In this document: in pieces, positions 9,646-16,912 of the stretch | Position numbering within the stretch: the first letter of the stretch is position 1 | How the letters are laid out: each line of letters starts with the position of its first letter | Source: a virus | Lineage: Duplodnaviria; Caudoviricetes | Strand: one strand, 5' to 3' | IMG/VR virus record: IMGVR_UViG_3300033183_000484 | Span: 1-62,146 of that record | Length of the DNA: 62,146 nucleotides | Notes under the pieces: generated by a model | Databases searched by the model: none | Seen by the model: the letters and a program-made list of their open reading frames with translations, nothing else | Told to the model about the DNA's origin: nothing | Program-made: the position numbers and the translations under genes

Positions 9646-10578
9646 ATGACACCCTTTGAGATTGCCCTTGGGTACCTCGGAACATCAGAAGCACCCGGCG
9701 ATGCCAACAACTCAGCTATCATGGCAATGTACCAGAGCGTTGGACAAGATTGGGTCGAACATGACTCCGTCGCCTGGTGCGCCGCCTTTGTCGGACACTG
9801 CCTGGAAAAAGCAGGGGTTCGATCGACGCGCAAACTGACCGCTCGGTCTTATCTCACATGGGGCATCTCGGTCGAACTCGCGAACGCACGCCAGGGTGAC
9901 ATTGGCGTCATTCCGCGCGGACGTTCGGCTTGGCAAGGCCACGTCTTTTTTATTGATCGGATCGAGGGCGCCTGGGTGTGGGGTTTGGGCGGAAATCAGT
10001 CGGATACCGTATCTATCAAACGGTATCCTGCCTCAAAGCTCTTAGGGATCAGACGAGCTGGCTCTCAGCGTGCGGCGGTATCATTGACGATCGAGGCTGC
10101 GCAAACAAAATTACGGGACCTCGGGTATCATGAAGTAGGTCAAATCGATGGAATACTGGGGACACGTACCCGTGCAGCGCTATTAGCGTTTCGAGATGAC
10201 CATGACTTACCACTCATTCCTATTATTGATACGGCGCTCGAAGAGGCCCTAGCGCTTGCGCGCCCACGCAAAATTGCCCCTTCACGAGCCGAAGGTATCC
10301 CTAAACGCAGCCGCATTTTGGCAGCAGCAAATAAGCAAATCGGATTGGGTGCCCTTGGGCTAATCGGATCGATTGGCACACAAATAGTTCCCGTTTTAAC
10401 CAAGGCGGAAGAGGCCAAAGAAACGGCTGATCGGCTCGTCTCACTCGCGGGCCTTGACGCCTCTCTCACTGGTGCACTTCCGTGGATTGGCGCCGCAGCG
10501 TTCGGTGTGATGATGATCCTGGCACTGAGAGCCCGTTCAGCGCGGATAGACGACCACCGATCGGGGCGCACTCCATGA
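9646..10578 (+). CDS. Endolysin: NlpC/P60/CHAP-type (TIGR02594-like) domain + peptidoglycan-binding domain + C-terminal hydrophobic segments
   Basis: AWCAAFV (Cys), QGHV (His), LGGNQSD; AQ.KL..LGY...IDG..G..T..A...F PG-binding motif. Confidence 0.85.
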   Translation: MTPFEIALGYLGTSEAPGDANNSAIMAMYQSVGQDWVEHDSVAWCAAFVGHCLEKAGVRSTRKLTARSYLTWGISVELANARQGDIGVIPRGRSAWQGHVFFIDRIEGAWVWGLGGNQSDTVSIKRYPASKLLGIRRAGSQRAAVSLTIEAAQTKLRDLGYHEVGQIDGILGTRTRAALLAFRDDHDLPLIPIIDTALEEALALARPRKIAPSRAEGIPKRSRILAAANKQIGLGALGLIGSIGTQIVPVLTKAEEAKETADRLVSLAGLDASLTGALPWIGAAAFGVMMILALRARSARIDDHRSGRTP

Positions 10579-10832
10579 GTGGCCTATTTCGAAATCTATT
10601 AGTTCCGATTGGGCGACGTGCGGTGTTTTACGCCCTCGTCCTCTTAGCCGCCCTGACGGCACTTTGGACGGCCGCGCGCCATGGACGCCAAGCCGCAGAG
10701 GTTGCCCTGGCTTTACGGCAGGCCAACGCCCGTATCCGAATAATGAAACGCGCAAAGGACATTCGTCATGACACGCAATCTATTGACCGCGCTGACCTTG
10801 ACCGTCGGGCTGATCGCTGGATGCGGGATTGA
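10575..10832 (+). CDS. Putative inner-membrane spanin (Rz-like)
   Basis: N-terminal TM segment then helical region; ATGA-coupled to endolysin. Confidence 0.55.
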   Translation: MSGLFRNLLVPIGRRAVFYALVLLAALTALWTAARHGRQAAEVALALRQANARIRIMKRAKDIRHDTQSIDRADLDRRADRWMRD

Positions 10833-10971
10833 TCCAAACCACCTCGGGACAGACTGTGCTTGGGCCGAGCCCATTCGGACATCGCGTCAAGATGTCATGA
10901 GCGACACCACCCTTTCACAAATCGTTGCACATAATGACCTCGGCGCGCAGCTCTGCGGATGGGAGCCATGA
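10768..10971 (+). CDS. Putative outer-membrane spanin lipoprotein (Rz1-like)
   Basis: Signal peptide with lipobox LIAG-C; overlaps the 3' end of the previous gene in another frame. Confidence 0.6.
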   Translation: MTRNLLTALTLTVGLIAGCGIDPNHLGTDCAWAEPIRTSRQDVMSDTTLSQIVAHNDLGAQLCGWEP

Positions 10972-11321
10972 TGCCCACAACCACAACTGAAGGCCCTGCC
11001 CTTCTTATCGGTTATGGATGGCGACTGCAGATAGAAACGGATGCCGCCATGTTCACCGAAGGTGCACAATATATTGGTCAAATACGTGAACGCCCGAACG
11101 CTTCAGAAATATTAGCGACAATCGACAGTGCTACCGGTGGAGCCATAAGGATTAGCGATCAGATCCTCGAACTTTCGCTCCGCCCTGATCAAACAAATGC
11201 ACTCTCCCCTGGTCGCGTTGTTATGGATCTCGTCCGAATAGACATCGATCCTGATCTTCACCTTGGATTTGTACTGGAAATTCCGGTGGTCTTACCCATT
11301 ACCCGAGGACTTGGACCGTGA
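10968..11321 (+). CDS. Phage structural/adaptor hypothetical protein
   Basis: 117 aa, beta-rich, coupled to upstream gene; precedes fibre genes. Confidence 0.5.
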   Translation: MMPTTTTEGPALLIGYGWRLQIETDAAMFTEGAQYIGQIRERPNASEILATIDSATGGAIRISDQILELSLRPDQTNALSPGRVVMDLVRIDIDPDLHLGFVLEIPVVLPITRGLGP

Positions 11322-11524
11322 CGACACTCACACCTCAAACAGGGCCAATCACTATCACCGCACCAATCAGGACCCGCGTGCTCACAGGGCCAGTGCGGAT
11401 CCACTTGGCCGGCCAACCAGGACCAGAGGGCATGGTCGGACCACAAGGCGAAAAAGGGGATCAGGGCGCTCCCGGCATCACGATTTTACCCACCGACACC
11501 CCAATTAATGGAGGCTTCTTCTGA
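11318..11524 (+). CDS. Small collagen-repeat protein
   Basis: GQPGPEGMVGPQGEKGDQGAPG; ends INGGFF. Confidence 0.65.
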   Translation: MTTLTPQTGPITITAPIRTRVLTGPVRIHLAGQPGPEGMVGPQGEKGDQGAPGITILPTDTPINGGFF

Positions 11525-12639
11525 TGGCTAACTCTATCCAATTCAAACGGCGCCAGGCGGGGGCCGCCGGCGCGCCTTCGACGCTGAAATCCGGTGAGGT
11601 CGCTCACAATGAAGTTGATGATACACTCTACATTGGCAAAGGCGACGACGGTGCGGGCAACGCTACGGGCATTATACCGCTGGCTGGGCGTGGTGCATTT
11701 ATCGATATTAATGGATCACAAACGATCGGAGGCACTAAAACCTTTGCTCTTGTTCCCAAGTCTGCCCAAGACGCAACGGGGGCAACAGAGCTCATCCGCA
11801 AATCGCAATTCGATCTCAGCCTTTCTCAGAAATCCAATGCCGGCCATGGCCATGCAGTGTCGGATGTCTCAGGGCTTGAAGAAGCTCTAGCGGGCAAGTC
11901 CGCAACAGGGCACGGGCACGCGATTGCAGAGGTGACGGGGCTTCAAGAAGAGCTGACCGCGAAAGCTCCGCTGGCGTCTCCAGCTTTAACCGGAACGCCG
12001 ACGGCGCCCACAGCGGCCGCAAATACAAATACAACGCAGCTTGCGACCACTGCTTTTGTTCAAACAGCGCTTGCGGGCTTTGGGGCGGGCGACATGCTGG
12101 CCGCCACCTATGATGCGGATGGAGACGGTAAGGTGGATGCGGCGGAGGTGGCAGATGCTGCGCCTTGGGCTGGCATTACCGGCAAGCCCACGACCTTCGC
12201 ACCTTCCGCTCACGGACATGGGATCTCTGAGATCACGGGGTTGGAGACCGCCTTAAATGCAAAAGCACCTCTCGCTTCTCCCGTGCTCACGGGGACACCA
12301 ACGGCTCCGACCGCAGCGCAGGGCACAAACAGCACCCAGCTTGCGACCACGGGCTTCGTGGCCGCCGCAATCGGCGCTTTGATTGATGCCGCACCTGGGG
12401 CTCTGAACACGCTCAATGAATTGGCTGCCGCCTTGGGTGATGATCCCAGTTTTGCCAGCACCGTGACCAATGGTTTGGCGTCCAAACTGCAAGCTTCGCT
12501 GAACTTGAGTGATCTCACCAATATAGCCACGGCACGCGGCAATTTGGGACTTGGGTCGATGGCCACGCAGGTTGCAACCGATGTGGCCATCACAGGGGGC
12601 ACGATCACAGGCATTGCGCTTGATGGCGGGACCTTCTGA
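11524..12639 (+). CDS. Tail fibre protein
   Basis: Mtd_N-like start (IQFKR...GE.....DTLYIG); three HGH repeats; two KAPLASP.LTGTPTAPTAA..TN.TQLATT.FV repeats; APGALNTLNELAAALGDDP motif; ends LDGGTF. Confidence 0.85.
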   Translation: MANSIQFKRRQAGAAGAPSTLKSGEVAHNEVDDTLYIGKGDDGAGNATGIIPLAGRGAFIDINGSQTIGGTKTFALVPKSAQDATGATELIRKSQFDLSLSQKSNAGHGHAVSDVSGLEEALAGKSATGHGHAIAEVTGLQEELTAKAPLASPALTGTPTAPTAAANTNTTQLATTAFVQTALAGFGAGDMLAATYDADGDGKVDAAEVADAAPWAGITGKPTTFAPSAHGHGISEITGLETALNAKAPLASPVLTGTPTAPTAAQGTNSTQLATTGFVAAAIGALIDAAPGALNTLNELAAALGDDPSFASTVTNGLASKLQASLNLSDLTNIATARGNLGLGSMATQVATDVAITGGTITGIALDGGTF

Positions 12640-12707
12640 GCCTGCAACGCGTCACGCTTCACAGTCACTTCCCACTCTTTAACTGACGGCAGCCAAGAGG
12701 AGGCCGC

Positions 12708-13454
12708 ATGGCCAGTACAATCACTCACAAGCGTTCCGCGATTGCAGGCAAAGTGCCCACTGTGGCGCAGCTTGCTCTCGGAGAAATCGCGATCAACACG
12801 CGCGATGGTAAAATCTACATCAAGCGCGATAATGGTACCGCCCAAGTCCTTGAGATCGGGGCAACGGGGCCGCAGGGTCCGGAAGGACCAGCCGGGCCAC
12901 AGGGCCCCATCGGTCCTACCCAATTCCCACTAGCGCAGCCCAGCGCCACCACGGGTGCTGTCTACTTCAATCCCAGTGATCAAAAGCTTTACGTCTACAA
13001 CGGCGACCATTGGGGTGGTGTCCGCTTTACCAACCCCTATCTCAATCTCGTCACAGGGTTAAATAATAACCTCTTCGCCAATGGTGCCGTCCACGGGGAT
13101 GTAGGGATCGGCTATACGGGCACCACCTATGTTCCGCCCTCGACGAGCGACAACCAAGTGGTGTCCTATCGTTTTACAAACTTACGGGCGACGGGGTCTG
13201 TCAACGTGATGGGGACTGTGAGCCCGACCAGCAGTACGGTTTCTGGCAATGACCGCGATATCACCATCACGAAGAATGGGGTCACCATTGCCAGCACAGG
13301 CGGTCCTTATGGCCCCTACACGACCGTCGTCGCCACCAGCATTGCTCCAAACGATGTCTTTGAGTGGAAAATCCGTGACGTCTACTGGCGCTACTCGGCC
13401 AGTGGCGCCCAAGCCGACAATTGCAAGATCACAACAGGGAGCAGTCTCACATGA
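12708..13454 (+). CDS. Second tail fibre / receptor-binding protein
   Basis: Mtd_N-like start (KRS...GEIAINTRDGKIYIK), collagen stretch, GAVYFN...LYVYNG..W, beta-rich C-terminus. Confidence 0.75.
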   Translation: MASTITHKRSAIAGKVPTVAQLALGEIAINTRDGKIYIKRDNGTAQVLEIGATGPQGPEGPAGPQGPIGPTQFPLAQPSATTGAVYFNPSDQKLYVYNGDHWGGVRFTNPYLNLVTGLNNNLFANGAVHGDVGIGYTGTTYVPPSTSDNQVVSYRFTNLRATGSVNVMGTVSPTSSTVSGNDRDITITKNGVTIASTGGPYGPYTTVVATSIAPNDVFEWKIRDVYWRYSASGAQADNCKITTGSSLT

Positions 13455-13789
13455 TGTATCACTGGACAGATGAAACCCATCGCGCTGTGCGGGTTATCGA
13501 CGACAGTGTCCCTCTCGACGATCAGGCGCCGCGTATCATAACGGATCGGGATCCAGGCTGGGCTAAGCTGCCTTTTGAGGAGGTGCAGCAGGCGCCGATC
13601 GACGACTACCTCCTCCTACAGCGAGTTCGGAAAAAACGCGATCTGCTGCTTCAGGAGAGTGATTGGACGCAGCTCATTGACGCACCTGTCGATCGCGAGG
13701 CTTGGGCAGACTACAGGCAGGCGCTTAGGGATCTGCCGCAGCAGGATGGGTTTCCGGGGGAGGTGGTGTGGCCTGAGGTGCCGAGTTAA
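13451..13789 (+). CDS. Tail fibre assembly chaperone
   Basis: R..RDLLL.ESDWTQL.DAP...W..YRQALRDLPQQ.GFP..V.WP motif. Confidence 0.85.
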   Translation: MMYHWTDETHRAVRVIDDSVPLDDQAPRIITDRDPGWAKLPFEEVQQAPIDDYLLLQRVRKKRDLLLQESDWTQLIDAPVDREAWADYRQALRDLPQQDGFPGEVVWPEVPS

Positions 13790-13875
13790 TTGTCTCAATG
13801 CATGTGAAGTGAACACACCATATAAAATTAAATTATTCACCTAACGCATTGATTTATAAAATTAATATATCCACC

Positions 13876-14367
13876 TCACCCGATCAGAACTCGACGATAT
13901 GAAGAAGGTTCAATAACAAGATCTTCACCGGTCCACGTTGCCACCGCTGTCTCCGCTGCGATTTTTGTACCCCAAAATTCGGTAGCCAGAAGGTCCTCAA
14001 TGAGCTCAGGGATAAAGAATTTTTCTCCTATGCCAGCATCTTCTGGCAATATGTAAAAGCCCCAACTCGAAAGATGCGGTGACGGACGCGCATAGCCTTT
14101 AACTTCCTCTATAAGCAACCACTCGTCCTCTTCGTAGTAAGTAGGTGACTTATCGTATTGTTGAAATACCATTCGGTCAGGTACAGAGACGAATTGTCCA
14201 CTGATGCGATGTCGCAGAATGAGTTCATTAAACCGCAAATCTGGATTTTTCGCCCTCTTTTTGAAGAGGCAAATTAATCCAGCTTGGCTCGCAATATTGA
14301 CCCTTTTGATATCAAAGGATGTCTCCACATTCCTCAAATTGCCATGCTTACTATTATTATACGTCAT
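13876..14367 (-). CDS. Hypothetical protein
   Basis: 163 aa ORF coupled to upstream 92-aa ORF; AT-rich. Confidence 0.55.
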   Translation of the reverse strand: MTYNNSKHGNLRNVETSFDIKRVNIASQAGLICLFKKRAKNPDLRFNELILRHRISGQFVSVPDRMVFQQYDKSPTYYEEDEWLLIEEVKGYARPSPHLSSWGFYILPEDAGIGEKFFIPELIEDLLATEFWGTKIAAETAVATWTGEDLVIEPSSYRRVLIG

Positions 14368-14642
14368 TGATTATAAACTCGAAAAATCGGATTGGCCAAA
14401 TTGATGTAGAGGCAGGTATTGGGTCCAGCTCGAAGTAGGGAAACAATATCGTCTTCAGACAAGACGTCTGTGTTGACTACCTCCTCTGAGCAAAACCGAC
14501 ACTCAAAGTCATCACCGTGCCCAATGCTAAGATCAGAGGTCTCAGCTTTCCTAGGGCATTGAATGCGCTTCAAGGCGACGCCATCACGATCGTAAATAAC
14601 GTGATCCCTAATCGTTAACACTATACGATATGCCCCCTTCAC
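14364..14642 (-). CDS. Small Cys-containing hypothetical protein (possible Zn-binding)
   Basis: QCP...CRFC...TC pattern. Confidence 0.5.
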   Translation of the reverse strand: MKGAYRIVLTIRDHVIYDRDGVALKRIQCPRKAETSDLSIGHGDDFECRFCSEEVVNTDVLSEDDIVSLLRAGPNTCLYINLANPIFRVYNQ

Positions 14643-14797
14643 CCTTCATTTGACCAACTAGAGCCCAAAACGCCCTTCAGTGATCATAAATTATTAAATC
14701 ACATCCCTAGTTTGCGGCCCAACAATTGAGATGGTGTATACAAAGTCCAGCAATCAATTTCTGAAGAAGTTGTGTCACTAGGCGACCATCATAGAAT

Positions 14798-16912
14798 TCA
14801 ATTTCTGATGTAGGTCACATAAAAGCCCTTAATGATGCGGTGCTCTTGCAACCGATCACTGAGCGAAAACCCGTCCTTCTTGATCGGCGCCTGGAAAATA
14901 TCGAGACCGCGGTCCAGCACGATCTTCCACCCAGTATCGGTGACTATGTCGCGCGCATGCGCTGTTCCTGTGCCATCGAACGCCCATGTGAATTCAACGC
15001 CCGAGCCGACACAGGCGTCGACGATCGAGTCCAGCAATTCGCGTTGCTTCCCGACATTGCCGTCATCTGGCCCTGTGACGAGGTGAACACTGACCTGGTC
15101 CTCGGGCGATTTCCGCCGAATTACCATTTCGACGAATTCCATCATGTTTCGGATTTGATAGAAGTATCGTACATAGGGGTCTGTCACGATGATCTTTGAC
15201 GCGCCTTCGATGTAAGGACCGAAGAGCCGATCGTAGCTGATACCCTTGCGATCCTCTGTGAAGACATGGTGGCCTTCTTCGAGAACGGGCTTCGCCTCTG
15301 CTTTGACGCGACGCGCCGCCTCCAAAGCAGGCCCAGACGTCGCTGCCCCTTCGTCACCTGCAGATGTGGACTCACCGGAACCGGTTGACGTCTCTGACTG
15401 TTCCTGCTCCTTGGGATCCAGCGCAGGCTTGAGGTGATAGAAGTGCGGGTATTCTTCCTCCTCGACCGTGGTCACACGGCGCTTGGATCCGTCCGTGCCA
15501 AGGTAGTGGAAATCAACCTCGGGATAGGTACTGTCGATGCGAGCCAGTTGATCCTTGACCCGCTTGCGGCTCTCCATTGCAAGGCGCAGCAGTTCTTCGA
15601 CATCCTCGGCCGTCTCGCCGCCATTCGGGAAGATCAGCTTCAGCAGGCCCGACATCGTCTTGTAGATCGCATCCCGATCCCGCGTCGAAATCTTCTCGCT
15701 AATCTTGAAATGCTGGTCCGGCCGGTGCGAGAAATCCTCCTGGCGCAGGTGGCGCAGGATCTCGGCGAGGTAGTCGACGATGAAGCCATATCCCTTGGTG
15801 AACATCTCGCCGCGGATCACGTCGATTTCCCAGCCGGGCAGATAGGCATGCAGACGATCGATGAAGGCCGAGTCATGGAACTGCGGCGGCAGAGCCTCGA
15901 AGAGGTCGCTGTTTTTCAGCATGAAGGGCACGTTGTGGTCGGTGTTGCCGACAAACGCAAAACTGGCCTCGGCCCCCATCGGGTTCACACCCCGAGAGAA
16001 GGTCTTGTTGGCCATATAGTTTTTCATGATGTCGACCAGCGCCTTGTTCGCTGTCTTTTCTCGACCAGCGAACTCATCAAAGGCCACGACATCCCAGTAG
16101 CCGACAAGGCCAATGCGCCCGTTCGAGTTGTTCACAAAGAGCTTCGGGATCGTCACCTCGCCACCTGAGATCAGCTGACCATGTGGCGAAAACTCCGAAT
16201 AGATGTGCGATTTACCGGTCCCTTTGGGCCCAAGCTCAATGATGTTGTAGTTGCGTTCCACGAAGGGGATCAGGCGCATCAACTGCAAGAGCTTCGCCCG
16301 ACGCCCGAAAGCCTCCGGGTTGAACCCGATGCTTTGCATCAGAAGATCGATCCAATCGTCCGTATTGAAACTGCCCCGCGCCTCCCGGTAACCCTCATAA
16401 TCGACCTTGGCGATCTGGATGGGCTTGATGGTCTCGAGGATCCACGGCGAAATGCGCGCATCTTCAGAAAACTCATATTGCACATCCGCGATGCACCAGA
16501 CGCCAGTCACAAGAAGCTTTGGGTGCGCCTTGATCGTGCCGCTGTCGACCGCGACCTTCTTGATCCCGAGGTTGTCGAAGGTCGCCTCGTAGCTGTCGGT
16601 CTTCTCGTTCAACGACACGCTGATCTGGTCAATGACCTTGTAGCGCCCCTTTTCCTTGATCGTTGACTGGATGAGCCCCGCTTCGCTGCGGTGGACATAA
16701 TGCTTGCGCAGGATTTCCTTAACGGTCTCGATGCCAGTCGCGATCGATGCCTCGTCGTCGGTGGCGCAGTACTGCCCCAGGAGATACTCGAGCACATAGG
16801 TCGGAACGATCGCGTTCCCCTTGACCGCCTTCACCAGGTCCTTGCGCACGACAAAGCCCGCGAAATGTTCATTGATCCTGGCGTCGAGATCACTCATGGG
16901 CCCGCTCCTCAA
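14798..16912 (-). CDS. brxL: BREX BrxL-family AAA+ protein with C-terminal PLD/MIT_C-like domain
   Basis: VPTYVLEYLLGQYC N-domain, Walker A GPKGTGKS, FDEF; C-terminal TDPY...HARDIVTDTGWKIVLDRGLDIF; last gene of the BREX run. Confidence 0.9.
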   Translation of the reverse strand: MRSGPMSDLDARINEHFAGFVVRKDLVKAVKGNAIVPTYVLEYLLGQYCATDDEASIATGIETVKEILRKHYVHRSEAGLIQSTIKEKGRYKVIDQISVSLNEKTDSYEATFDNLGIKKVAVDSGTIKAHPKLLVTGVWCIADVQYEFSEDARISPWILETIKPIQIAKVDYEGYREARGSFNTDDWIDLLMQSIGFNPEAFGRRAKLLQLMRLIPFVERNYNIIELGPKGTGKSHIYSEFSPHGQLISGGEVTIPKLFVNNSNGRIGLVGYWDVVAFDEFAGREKTANKALVDIMKNYMANKTFSRGVNPMGAEASFAFVGNTDHNVPFMLKNSDLFEALPPQFHDSAFIDRLHAYLPGWEIDVIRGEMFTKGYGFIVDYLAEILRHLRQEDFSHRPDQHFKISEKISTRDRDAIYKTMSGLLKLIFPNGGETAEDVEELLRLAMESRKRVKDQLARIDSTYPEVDFHYLGTDGSKRRVTTVEEEEYPHFYHLKPALDPKEQEQSETSTGSGESTSAGDEGAATSGPALEAARRVKAEAKPVLEEGHHVFTEDRKGISYDRLFGPYIEGASKIIVTDPYVRYFYQIRNMMEFVEMVIRRKSPEDQVSVHLVTGPDDGNVGKQRELLDSIVDACVGSGVEFTWAFDGTGTAHARDIVTDTGWKIVLDRGLDIFQAPIKKDGFSLSDRLQEHRIIKGFYVTYIRN

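Noticed and set aside
11524-13454. Diversity-generating retroelement suggested by Mtd_N-like domains
   Set aside because: No reverse transcriptase and no template/variable repeat pair seen; the internal repeats are ordinary fibre repeats.
331-13789. RcGTA-type gene transfer agent or contractile (R-type) tailocin
   Set aside because: No adjacent GTA head genes, and the tape measure is long; no sheath or wedge baseplate genes.
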